DNA of 64,000 nt from Eledone cirrhosa (GCA_964016885.1 OZ024742.1:174406001-174470000), one strand, 5' to 3'. Counted from the first letter of the stretch, positions 1 to 12,297 are shown. The notes: generated by a model from the letters alone, not told the origin. Numbers and translations: made by a program.

Positions 1-92
1 TAATAAAAACATACACACACAAACACGTAAAATGATGACGATGATGATGATGATGATGATATATATATGTGTGTATATATATATATATATAT

Positions 93-190
93 AAGAAGAA
101 ATTAAAAGATGGTTAGAAAAGTTTCTTGTATTTTATTATGCGCATGTCAAAATACATGGAACTATTCTAACCATCTTTTAATTTCTTCTT
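93..190. repeat. Fold-back palindrome next to (TA)n; the loop holds a hammerhead-like 3' half (PLE terminal remnant)
   Basis: aagaagaaattaaaagatggttagaaaagtttcttgtatttt pairs with aaaatacatggaactattctaaccatcttttaatttcttctt. The minus strand of the loop reads GACA-tgcgca-TA-ataaaatac, the same layout as GAAA-tatata-TA-ataaaata at 7191-7210. Confidence 0.75.
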
Positions 191-1046
191 GTATATACTC
201 CAGTCCAATAAACTGTTGAGTGCTACTTATCCGATATTTGCATTGCTTTATTGTGCTACAATAAAACTCACCTCATATATATATATATATCCTACACTTT
301 AAATCTGGTTGGTGCTACGAAAGGCATTCAGCAGCCATAAAAATCCAACCAAAACACAGATCCTACTATGTGCAAAGTTCAGCATAGGTAACTGGCCAGG
401 CCTTCCTCATAACATGTCCACTAAACTCCCAAAATATGGTTCTGCTATGACACCAGGGTACAGTGCAGTGAAATAAATAGTGATGATGATGATGATTAAG
501 TATATATATATATATATATACATAAAGATATATGTCAATGAATATATATATATATATGCACACATGCACATATATATACATATATAAACTATTCACAAAC
601 ATTGTTATAATTTAGTGAAAGAATCTTATATCACTTATTCTGTCTATAAGACAACTGGTTATGTACTAGTATAAAATGATATTATTTCTATACAATTATA
701 TTAAAATATAAGTATATTGTTTATTGACAATGTTATATTCAATGACACTATCATGTCTTCTAAAATGATTTTTTGGGGATTGATCGTCTCTACTGGATCC
801 GAGCAATCACAAGAGAATACCATTATAGTTCTCTCTGACAACATATCACAATGTTACAATGATTTGCTCATATTACACATTGTTTCATTTGAACACGACT
901 CAATGATATTCACAGTTGTCCTTCTGAGATTTGTCAGCTTTCTTTCATTATGAAGAATATGATAATGATGATGATGGTGGTGAGAATTATTTTCTTTTTA
1001 CCTACTCTGAATCTTTCACTTCTATTTTTTTCTTTCTCTGTGTGCC

Positions 1047-1256
<210 letters not shown>

Positions 1257-1408
1257 ATATATATATATATTTATTTATTAAAATATATATATTACCTGTA
1301 TGTTTTGTGAAGCGAACGTTTCCACGAACCAAAGTATCGTCTTCCTGTCTTCCTCCGGTTGCAACGGTTTTGAAATATCCACTTCTGCGTTTACAGATTG
1401 ACTTTGTT

Positions 1409-1459
1409 AGTTTCAGAAGATCCCATTAAGGGTGAAAGCAGCGATTCCTTGCTTAAACT
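1409..1459 (+). ncRNA. Type-I hammerhead ribozyme motif with a core substitution
   Basis: agttt|CAGAAGA|tccc-attaa-gggt|GAAA|gca-gcgattcct-tgc|TT|aaact. Stems I, II and III all pair, but the core reads CAGAAGA instead of CUGAnGA. Confidence 0.6.
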
Positions 1460-1565
1460 TTAATCTGTTATTTTAATAAATATTTGCTCTATGGTTCTTA
1501 TATATTTGATATATATTTATCCTTATCGAGCCCTCTTTGGATTTTAGTCTTCAAATTTATTATTA

Positions 1566-1626
<61 letters not shown>

Positions 1627-2254
1627 ATACATGCGCAATATATAGTCAACCAATGCCAGAAGGGAGGAATGGTTGTTAGATGCTGATGTTGATGATGATG
1701 ATATATTATCATCACCATTTAATATCTGCTTTTCCAATCACCATTTAATATCAGTTTGACAATCCCTTTCCTCCTAATAGATGTTTATGCCAATTCTACT
1801 ATTAATACCATTCAACCATTCCTTTCAAAGGGTCAAGACCTCAGCTAATGTGTATTACTTTTCATCTTAACATCATATGAAAAAAACAATTTGATTCGTT
1901 AGTTCTTCAACTACTTCCAAATAAGAACATGATACTAACATACTACTAATTCTGAATAAAATTATTATTGAATAAAATTATTATTGCTTTTGAAAACAGC
2001 TGGTGATATGCATGTAAGTAAATATTCTGTTTATTTGATATTTTGTAACTAACCTTACATAGATCAATAACGGAGTATAGCTACAACGTATTATCATCAT
2101 CTAGAAACGATCGTAAAGCAGTGAAGTATATCTCTAATGACTTGATTTTTATTTCATTGTTTTCCGAGATTTATCTTAACCTACAACATTTTCAACATAT
2201 GGTTTATATCGAGTTCTTCGTGCAGAATAGACCCCACAACTTACTGTGGATACC

Positions 2255-2361
<107 letters not shown>

Positions 2362-2485
2362 CTATATATATATATATACATATATATATCTTGGGAATTA
2401 TCAAAGTGGTGCTCGTAGGATTTGAAATTTGAAAATGTAGGAATCCTAAGGATAAGCACTAACTATAACAACTATATATATATAT

Positions 2486-2640
2486 ACGAACAATTTCAGG
2501 ACCCGACGGCTGCGCTCCAGCCGTTTCAACAGCTAGATCCTTCGGGGTCCTGCATTTTTTTCATACTACCCACTCTACTAACCCAAGTATCAAGTACTCT
2601 GGTGAATAATGGTCTAACTGGTTTTTACCACCTCCATTCT
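2486..2640 (-). mobile_element. PLE-like terminal fragment with a degenerate hammerhead (2497-2552); same family as 45383-45576
   Basis: Minus strand: caggaccc-cgaagg-atctagctgtt-GAAA-cggctg-gagcg-cagccg-TC-gggtcctg, with an 8-bp stem I, a good stem III and a damaged core/stem II. The flank actctactaacccaagtatcaagtactctggtg matches the reverse complement of 45423-45455. Confidence 0.6.
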
Positions 2641-3059
2641 GATAAGGTGAATGTTTTATTTGATATAATTTCTTCTATTTCAAAACTTCAAAGTAATTGA
2701 ACAAATATGTCCATCTTTTACAAAGTGGAAAAGAGGGACATGCCTTGCTCATCAACCCCACCCCATCCACACTAACAATCGTAGTCCTTGTGCCATAATA
2801 AATTGCGCCCAGCCCACTATGTAAACTGGTTGTGTTGGTGCCACGTTAAAAATCACCCAGACAAACCTGTAAGATGGTAATGACATTGCCATAATAAAAT
2901 ACATACATTACATGCCATGAAGTGTTAGGCCTTAGAAATCATGTTAGAATGAAATATATGAGCAAGGCTCTATTATCTAACTTATCTGGTCTCAGAACGT
3001 CACAATCTGCCCAACCTATGTTTTATATCGAATATCAATAATAATGTAAGATTTTTTTG

Positions 3060-3460
3060 TAAACAAACAGCCCAATTAACGCTGTGCCGTGCCGATGACA
3101 AATCGTCATCTGTTTGTTCAACATTGGTATTGAGGAACAATCAACAGGTTTCTGGATCATTACCCTTCATCAGGACTGTATATCTTGGCCAATCTGTTGA
3201 ATGGCTGAAAATGTATAGTGTTTTCTTAAGTACACATCGGCTGAGTAGTCTCATTTGCATACCGAGCGAGTTACAGCTGACCATGTGTACTTAAGAAAAT
3301 ACTATATATTTTTAACCGTTCGAAACATTGCCAGAGATATACAGTCCTGATGAAGGGTAATGACCCAGAAACATGTTGATTGTTCCTTAATGCCAGTGTT
3401 GAACAAACAGATGACGATTTGTCATCGGCATGGCACAGCCATAATTGGGCCATTTGTTTA
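3060..3460. mobile_element. ~400-bp fold-back element (arms ~3060-3243 and ~3275-3460) with a hammerhead in each arm
   Basis: The arms align as an imperfect inverted repeat. The hammerhead motif is at 3341-3383 (+) and mirrored at 3137-3179 (-). Confidence 0.85.
3341..3383 (+). ncRNA. Minimal type-I hammerhead ribozyme (PLE type)
   Basis: acagtc|CTGATGA|a-gggt-aatg-accc-a|GAAA|catg|TT|gattgt. The core is intact, stem III is palindromic (ACATGT) and stem I is acagtc/gattgt. Confidence 0.8.
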
Positions 3461-4989
3461 CTGAGACAAGTAGGGAAGAGTGAACTCGGAAACGGAAATA
3501 ATGGGTGACAGGATTTCATCATCATCATTGTTTAACATCTATTTTTCCATGGAGTGATACTGGTTATCACATTATGAAATAAGTCAGGTCAAGTGACCAT
3601 ATTTTCCTCATACGGATCTGGATTTTGGCTTCTTTCTAAGGCTAGATGCTTTTGCTAATATCAACCATGTCACAATGTAGACTGTGTGCTTTATATCGTG
3701 GACATTTATACATATATACGCACATATACACACAGAGTGGGAAATAAAGTTCAATACTTTATTCAAAACCTTATTATTTTGTCTGCAAGAAAGCTGATTA
3801 ATTGAGAGTGAGGGAGAGAGAAGGAGAGGGTGAGATGGAGTGAGGAATGGAGAGAGCAAGGGAGTGATGAAGGGGGAGAAAGAGGGAGAGAGAATGAGAG
3901 AGAAATAGAATATATTAAATTATGTATCTTCTAACTGAAAGAATTTTAAACTAATATGATACAGAATTTAATTAAATAGATTTGTTTATTTTTGAATCCT
4001 GATAAATTAATAAACAGTATTAATTAACAAGGGTTAACTAGATATCAGCAGAAAGGACAACAACAAATTTGAGAATCACTTAAAATCGCTGTAAGGAAAG
4101 ACAAATTAAGATTTTTTCTTAAGCTAATTGAGCTAATTTTTCTTAAGATAGTGAACTGGCAGCATTGTCAGTGTGATAGATCAAATACCTCAATATTTGT
4201 CCTGGCTGAGTTCAAATCTCACCAAGATTAATTTCACCTTTCATCTTTCCAAGATCAATAAATAAATTCCCAGTTTAATACTTGTGTCTATTCTTCCTCT
4301 ATCTCTCTTTATCATTGTTTTAATCCTTCTCCTTCCCTGGAAGAAGCCGGCTGTGTTCAGACCTGGAGAGGGATGGGCAGCATCATGTTCAAAATGCCTA
4401 AGACAAGCCATATAAGGTTTTGAATAAAGTACCCCTACCATTCCATCAGTATTTAAAAGCTCTTTCCTTTTCTTTCCAATTCCAGAAATCATGTTTACAT
4501 TGGTCTTTCCATTGCCGAATTTATCTGCCCATTTTTATCCTGCCAGATTATCAGTGATTTTTCAGTGAGAGGAATTGGACTTTGAACTCAGAAAACACAG
4601 AGCTAATACAGATATAGTAACACATCCCATTTGACTCTTGAACAATTTCACTAATCCACCACACCTGGGTTGATACTTTTGTTTATCAACCCTGAAAAGA
4701 CGAAAGGCAAAGTTGACCACAGCATATTTTGAACTCAGAGTGCAGAAAGCTGGAACAAATAACAAAGGCATTTACTTTAATGATTTAATATGGCAATTCA
4801 CTTAGCTAAAACGCACATATACAAATGCAGCCAAACTGGTCCCAGAATCACCTTATACAAAAGTTAAGTCTTGTTCCAGGAATAACGGGTGTGACTTATC
4901 CAGAATATGCCATTTAATCATGAACATATGTATCATCAATTTTTCAACAGGCAGTCAGTGAAGATCAGCTACTCCTGTGGTCCTTCCAT

Positions 4990-5480
4990 GTAGGCAAAAA
5001 TTACAAATAGAAATGATGTAAACCCAGGACATTCAAGCAGGATAAAAGAAGAATGCCCTCTGCAAGAAAAATATGAAACCAAGTTGATCATATATGAAGC
5101 CACTATTATACTAACTATAACTAAGTACACACAGAGCAGAGAACAATATGAGAGTATGACACAAGCTTGGTTCAAAGAACGGTACTACTCACATATAACA
5201 CTATTCAAACATCAGAAAATGATGTCGGCCATAGCATTATCAAGTCATATGTGAGACCGTGAGGGATAAAGGTATCCCATACAAAATTAACTGTAATATT
5301 CTGAATAAATCACACCTTTATAGAAAAGGAACAAAGAAATGTTCACTTTGCTTAGCACAAAAATTGTTGAATATTGAAGGTCCTCTGAAGTCCTCTGAGA
5401 AATGTCTAAATCCAAATTATGAGTTTTTCAGAGAAAGCCCCCATATGCGTTTCTACCTCTTCTCAGCATGGAGGTATACA
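4990..5480 (+). pseudogene. Penelope-like GIY-YIG endonuclease remnant
   Basis: Frame-disrupted ECPLQ..LIIYEATI..SMTQAWFKERYYSH..ALSSHM, followed by ORF 5259-5519 Y.KGTKKCSLCLAQK..LNPNYEF...PH. This is the same architecture as the EN at 8238-8510. Confidence 0.75.
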
Positions 5481-5536
5481 TGCCCAAGCACACAAAATAT
5501 CACAACTACCTTACCTTAGAGTGCAAATAGGTCTTA

Positions 5537-5619
<83 letters not shown>

Positions 5620-5822
5620 AACTACACCCAAATAGAGTTACATGCAAGAAGCTACATAAATAATATACACATAAATAATGCATATATCATTAACAATACC
5701 ACACCCAACCTCTATATAACACAAAATCTACATACATACTGACATACATACACATAGAGACAAATACTGACACTTTAACAATTAAAATTGTTTTTACAAA
5801 ATTATAGTTATAATATATATAT

Positions 5823-6794
5823 GATTCTGTGTTTTTTTTTCTCTCTCTCTCTTACTGCTCCCCCAGTCTCTCTGTTTCTCCCCCTCTGTCATGTCAGTTA
5901 ACTCTTCCTCACACTTTCACTCACTCACTGTTTCTCTTCTCTTCATTTCATCCTGTACACCACGAAGGCTATTTTTCTCTTTTCTCACATGGCCAGAGTT
6001 CGTGTCAGGTCTGTTTTCTAAAAGCGCTCATATATTCACCTAGCTTATGCTAAACAGAATAATTTTGAAGCTTGTTTCTTTCCCCTACGGTTAGCTATAC
6101 TCTGTGTTGTTCTCCTGTCTCACTCGCTTTACGCGTTTCAATTGTCCTAATAACTTATTTTGGTTATTATTGCACCGACGTGAGGTATATGATTTTTAAT
6201 GCAATGAAATATCGATGATCGTCGGCAAATCACTGATGAGGGACTCATTTTATTACATGTTATCCATGTGCTACCGGCAGTATTTTTCTCTATATTTTAT
6301 TACATATATTTACCACTGCGATTCTGTGTTTTTTTCTCTCTCTCTCTCTTACTGCTCCCCCAGTCTCTCTGTTTCTCCCCCTCTGTCATGTCAGTTAACT
6401 CTTCCTCACACTTTCACTCACTCACTGTTTCTCTTCTCTTCATTTCATCCTGTACACCACGAAGGCTATTTTTCTCTTTTCTCACATGGCCAGAGTTCGT
6501 GTCAGGTCTGTTTTCTAAAAGCGCTCATATATTCACCTAGCTTATGCTAAACAGAATAATTTTGAAGCTTGATTCTTTCCTCTACGGTTAGCTATACTCT
6601 GTGTTGTTCTCCTGTCTCACTCGCTTTACGCGTTTCAATTGTCCTAATAACTTATTTTGGTTATTATTGCACCGACGTGAGTTATATGATTTTTAATGCA
6701 ATGAAATATCGATGATCGTCGGCAAATCACTGATGAGGGACTCATTTTATTACATGTTATCCATGTGCTACCTGCAGTATTTTTCTCTATATTT

Positions 6795-6800
<6 letters not shown>
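5823..6800. repeat. Two near-identical ~497-bp direct repeats between TA tracts
   Basis: Unit 1 starts gattctgtgtttttt at 5823 and unit 2 at 6320. The identical translated stretches in ORFs 5829 and 6215 confirm the duplication. Confidence 0.95.
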
Positions 6801-6845
<45 letters not shown>

Positions 6846-6934
6846 CAAATAGATATTTAATTTACTGGTAATTCAACAAAGTTATTTATAACAGATTTCC
6901 TGGAGTATAATATCAATGATATTAATGATATTAA

Positions 6935-7246
6935 TGATATTAATAAATGGAAACTATATTTATAAAACCGTATTTATTTTATTATATATATTTCAAGGGT
7001 ACCAAAACAATTTGGTACACTCTCATCAGATAAAATACAAAATTTGTTTTAGAAATAATAACATACCCGATAAACCAGACCTTATCAGAACCGGAACCGA
7101 TAAGGTCTGGTTTATCGGGTATGTCACTATTTATAAAACAAATTTTGTATTTTATCTGATGAGGGCGTACCAAATTTTGTCGGTACCCTTGAAATATATA
7201 TAATAAAATAAATATGGTTTTATAAATATAGTTTACATTTATTAAT

Positions 7247-7250
<4 letters not shown>
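6935..7250. mobile_element. 316-bp near-perfect palindrome abutting (TA)n, with a hammerhead in each arm
   Basis: Arms 6935-7086 and 7099-7250, loop agaaccggaacc. The mirrored ORFs 6916(+) and 6982(-) reflect the symmetry. Confidence 0.92.
7148..7210 (+). ncRNA. Minimal type-I hammerhead ribozyme (mirror copy at 6975-7037 on minus)
   Basis: tattttat|CTGATGA|gggcgtacc-aaattttgtc-ggtaccctt|GAAA|tatata|TA|ataaaata. It has an 8-bp stem I, an intact core and a palindromic stem III. Confidence 0.85.
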
Positions 7251-7317
<67 letters not shown>

Positions 7318-7423
7318 TCCAGGTTATCAATAATGTAGTGATAATATATCGTCACGTTAGAGATGAACAGCGTACGTGTAGGTTTGCTCAACGTGTATAA
7401 ATTGTATTCCGGAGAAAATCTAG

Positions 7424-9593
7424 AAAAGATGATAAAATGAAAGTGCTTTTATAAAGGAATTTCTCAGGTATTGACATATGTTTCTGTAACAGACGGAATA
7501 CCTATGTATCGCTGCTTGCGTAATCATATAATGTTAGCAAGTATTCGATAGCAAATGTATAATCAGTTGTCACTTCTTCAGAGATATTGGATAAATTGGA
7601 AAAAATCAGAAAAATTGAAGTATTTATATTAGTTGTAAGAAAGGAAGAAGAGAGGGGATAGTATATGACAGATGGCAATTCAATTTACTGGTAAGCAAGT
7701 ATATAGAAGGTTTTTAATGAGAATACAATGAGTATATGGCTTATTTTATCTAAATAAGAATTTTTGGGAGTGCCTATTTTAATCTATATTTGACCAATTG
7801 AACAATGGACAGGGCTGGTCGTTTGGTGTAGTAGTATTAATACAGATATAAAGTGTCAATTAAGGAAGAGGGAGATTTTCACTGCTACTGTATAACAACA
7901 ATGCTGGTAGCCTGTTGGTATGTGCATTAGGGAATTGAATTAAGAAATCTCATTTTATCTATAGCAGTTTATATTAAATGGTAAAGAATAGAAGAGTTGA
8001 TAGAATTAAGACTAATAGAGAATGTTAATATGAATTTTGACAATCAAACGGCGATGGAGACAGGCGTTCAATCCTGGTAGCGTTTGTAATATGAAAATGT
8101 AGATTTCAAGCGATGGTTACAGTATAACGATCGCTCTATTCTGTTATTTAATAAAATATTTTTGGATTTCATAATACAAAATAATTCCATATTACACAAT
8201 TTACAAAATTCCTGTCCCTGGGATTATGCAGGGGCACACTATTATATCACATTTTAGGTTAAATTGTTGGTTATTTTCGCGCATTTGCCAAGACTTGTCT
8301 GCGAGTGTTGTTACATAACGCTGGTTTTCATGTTTTATCGAGTAACGATGTATATAAAGGCGAGATTTGAAAGAGGTAGCTGTAGACCCCATATAGTACC
8401 ACTTCTGTCTACCCGATTCGATAGTACATTTGTATATGATGTTGCGTTCAAGACACTGATTGTTCAACGGACACATTCCTGGTTGGACACAGTTACAGTT
8501 ATAATTTTGCGTTGTTGTATTAGCATGGGTGGGTTGGTGAGGTTGCTTAGGCAGGACGGGATGTTGTTTGTTGTTTTGTGATGTTATAGCCGATGTTTTA
8601 CGTGTATTGTTATGTGTTGGAAGGCATCACATAAATATAATAAAATCTTAAACCCTAACACTATTCGACTTTCATATTCAACCGCCCCTAATATTGAACA
8701 ACATATAAAAAAGCTTAACGCAAAACGGTGCCCCTGCATATTTCCTCTGCATATTTCCAAGGACAGGAATTTTGTAAATTGTGTAATATGGAATTATTTT
8801 GTATTATGAAATCCAAAAATATTTTATTAAATAACAGAATAGAGCGATCGTTATACTGTAACCATCGCTTGAAATCTACATTTTCATATTACAAACGCTA
8901 CCAGGATTGAACGCCTGTCTCCATCTCCGTTTGATTGTCAAAATACATATTAACATTCTCTATTAGTCTTAATTCTATCAACTCTTCTATTCTTTACCAT
9001 TTAATATAAACTGCTATAGATAAAATGAGATTTCTTAATTCAATTCCCTAATGCACATACCAACAGGCTACCAGCATTGTTGTTATACAGTAGCAGTGAA
9101 AATCTCCCTCTTCCTTAATTGACACTTTATATCTGTATTAATACTACTACACCAAACGACCAGCCCTGTCCCTGTCCAGTGTGTATTAAAGGAGTAGGCA
9201 GAAACTCCATTTTATGTCCCAAATTGGTCAAATATAGATTAAAATAGGCACTCCCAAAAATTCTTATTTAGATAAAATAAGCCGTATACTCATTGTATTC
9301 TCATTAAAAACCTTATATATACTTGCTTACCAGTAAATTGAATTGCCATCTGTCATATACTATCCCCTCGCTTCTTCCTTTCTTACAACTAATATAAATA
9401 CTTCAATTTTGCTGATTTTTCCAATTTATCCAATATCTCTGAAGAAGTAAACAACTGATTATACATTTGCTATCGAATACTTGCTAACATTATATGATTA
9501 CGCAAGCAGCGATACATAGGTATTCCGTCTGTTACAGAAACATATGTCAATACCTAATAAATTCCTTTATAAAAGCACTTTCATTTTATATTC

Positions 9594-9600
<7 letters not shown>
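7424..9600. mobile_element. Penelope-like element in inverted (fold-back) arrangement; ~810-870-bp arms around a GIY-YIG remnant
   Basis: Arms 7424-8237 and 8728-9600 are reverse complements. The spacer encodes NCNCVQPGMCPLNNQCLERNIIYKC..YYMGST..FKSRLYIH (-) and HKYNKILNPNTIRLSYSTAPNIEQHI (+). The arms encode the C-terminal CKLCNME..LLNNRIE...CNHR. Confidence 0.9.
8201..8510 (-). pseudogene. GIY-YIG endonuclease of a Penelope-like element, with a CxCx5Cx5C linker (Naiad-like by inference)
   Basis: IIY...YMG GIY-YIG signature and the R..H motif, preceded by C-N-C-x5-C-x5-C. Confidence 0.8.
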
Positions 9601-9625
<25 letters not shown>

Positions 9626-9630
<5 letters not shown>

Positions 9631-9662
9631 TTTTGTTGTACAGGGGGAAGCAACTCCCCCAA

Positions 9663-9713
<51 letters not shown>

Positions 9714-9747
9714 GGGGAGTTGCTTCCCCCTGTACAACAAAAACACA
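9626..9747. repeat. Perfect 37-bp inverted repeat with a (TA)n spacer
   Basis: tgtgtttttgttgtacagggggaagcaactcccccaa (9626-9662) and its exact reverse complement (9711-9747). Each arm contains the hairpin ggggga-agcaac-tccccc. Confidence 0.95.
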
Positions 9748-10188
9748 AACTGGATTACCACATTATTACCACCTTTACATATGTCAATATATCATATATG
9801 AAATAACGTTCAGCTATCCTGGTTTTGCTCAATCATAAATAAATGAGCAGATGTTCTATGCTGGTTGAAGTTTGAAACCTTAGACAGCATGCGCTTGAGT
9901 TGAGATATTCATATAATATATATGTAAACACACATGCACACATACACACACACATATATATATATATACATACAAAAATATATATGTGTGTGTGTGTATA
10001 TATATATATATATACATGTTGCTTTGGCCTTGCGGCTGGCTTACCGGTCGCAGTCTTAGATCTACCAAGCTGTCTAAACTTAGTGTGATTACTCTAAGAT
10101 AAAATACATTATTGAGTACTTAGCTGCACATTCCGATTGCATTAGTTAGCATGGCTGCAGACAGAGCTTCAATTCTGCCGAACTTCCA

Positions 10189-10229
<41 letters not shown>

Positions 10230-12297
10230 CAGTCTCTCCCACATCGATCCAATAGAGGGACCAACAGTGCTAGTTGAAGGTAGTATAATAAGTAAGGTAA
10301 TCAAAGATATGAAGACGGGTAAGGCGGCTGGGCCTTCGGAAATAGTTGCTGAAATGCTGAAAGCATCTGGAACGGTGGGACACACTATGGACACCCAGAT
10401 AGTAAACCAAGACATACAGAATGGGGTTGTCCGAAGGACTGGCGTAGCAGCATCATCATTAACTGCTACAGGGGTAAAGCAGATGCCCTAGATAGGGGTA
10501 ACTATAGAGGCATTAAATTAATCGACCAGGTCATGAAGGTCACAGAAAAAGTAATAGCGCAACTAACCAGAGAGCGAATTGATCTAGATGAAATACAGTT
10601 CGGGTTTGTGTCAGGTAAAAGTACCACAGACGCACTTTTCATTGTACGACAACTATAGGAGAAGTACCTAGTTAAAAGTAAACCCCTATACTTACCTTTG
10701 CTGACTTGGAGAAAACCTTTGACAGAGTCCCCGGCGCCATTATCTAGTGGGCTCTTAGAAAAATAGATGTTAATGAATGGCTTGTGAGAGCTATACAAGC
10801 CATGTTTAAAGAAACAGTCAGCAAGGTTAGAATTAACAACGAATATAGTGAAGAGTTTAGCGTAATTTGTTGGTGTTCATCAGGGCTCTGTCGTTAGCAC
10901 CCTCCTATTTATTATTGCCCTTCAGACTATAACAGAGGAGTTCAAGACCGGCTGCCAATGGGAACTCCTATACGCAGATGATCTAACGCTCATAGCTGAA
11001 TCAATGGCCGAACTAGAGAAGAAATTCCAAATATGGAAGCACCGCCTAGAATCAAAAGGCCTTAAAATTAACCTGTCTAAGACTAAAGTTCTTGTTTGTA
11101 GGAAGGAAATGGGAAATGGCCATGCTCAGTGTGTAGGAAAGGAGTAGGCAGAAACTCCATTTTATGTCCCAAATGCAAAGTATGGGTGCATAAAAGATGT
11201 AGTGGGATCACAGGTAAGCTAACTAAGAATATAGATTTTATATGTGGCCGGTGCTCTGGTGCAATAAGTATCAGCAAGTGCCCACAGAATACTAGCTCAT
11301 TCCATTTCACAGATTGTTCTATAGAAATAGTGGACACATTCCGTTACCTGGGTGACAAAATCAGCAGTGGTGGAGGGTGCTCCGAAAGTACAGTAGCTAG
11401 ATTCAGAACAGGATGGAAAAAGTTCAGAGACCTTATACCACTATTGGCCGCTAAAGGGTTCTCACTATAAATGAAAGGCAGGCTGTATGATGCCTACATA
11501 CGAACAGCAATGTTGCATGGCAGTGAGACTTGGGCATTGTGTGCAGAGGATATACGCAGACTGGAGAGAAACGAAACTTGCATGCTACGTTGGATGTGTA
11601 ATAGTAATATATGTGAACGGCAAAGTATAAACGAACTAAGTGAGAAATTAGGAATAAGAGGGATCAGATGTTGTTTACTGGAGAGAAGACTACGTTGGTA
11701 CGGTCACGTGATGTGCATGAAAGACGACAGCTGTATATAAAAGTGCAGGGCGATCAAAATAGACGGTAGCCACGGAGTAGGCAGACCCAGAAAAAACTGG
11801 GACGACTTGATAAATTCCGACCTCACACACTTACACCTCTCCCAGACAATGTCACTGGCCTGAGATCTTTGGCCATACACAGTAATACAGAAGACCCGAC
11901 TTGCCTAAGTACAAAGCGAAACCTACAGTCAGTACGCACCTCTAACAACAATACACCCCAGCCCCACTACCCCCACTCCATCCACACCACCCCTTCCAAT
12001 GTAAAGTTATGTTGGTACCACAGCATCCAGTCCGAAACAAATGAGGGCGTGTAGGTGTCACGACAAAAAAACACACAGTCCACGCTGTAATGTGGCCGTG
12101 TAGGTAACACGGTAAAAACCTCCCAGTCCACACTGTAAACGTGGTTGGTGTTAGGAAGGGCATCCAGCCGTAGAAAACCCGCCAGACAGTCCTATACGAG
12201 CAAGACAACCAATCTTGCCTCAAGTGGGAAAATTCCCGTCCAAACCCTTGCTAGCGTGGAAGATGGACGTTAAACGATGATGATGATGATGATGATG
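10230..12297 (+). mobile_element. 5'-truncated, decayed RTE-clade LINE (RT with a PHD-type finger), (GAT)n tail
   Basis: KAAGPSEIVAEML, NYRGIKL, QFGF, LLYADDL (~10964-10985), FRYLG, LHGSETW, RRLRWYGHV, GRPRKNW. Several stops and frameshifts. The 3' UTR ends in gatgatgat. Confidence 0.92.

Noticed and set aside
2104-2120. GAAACGATCGTA hammerhead-like 3' half
   Set aside because: No upstream CUGAnGA or stem I partner was found. At best it is a decayed remnant.
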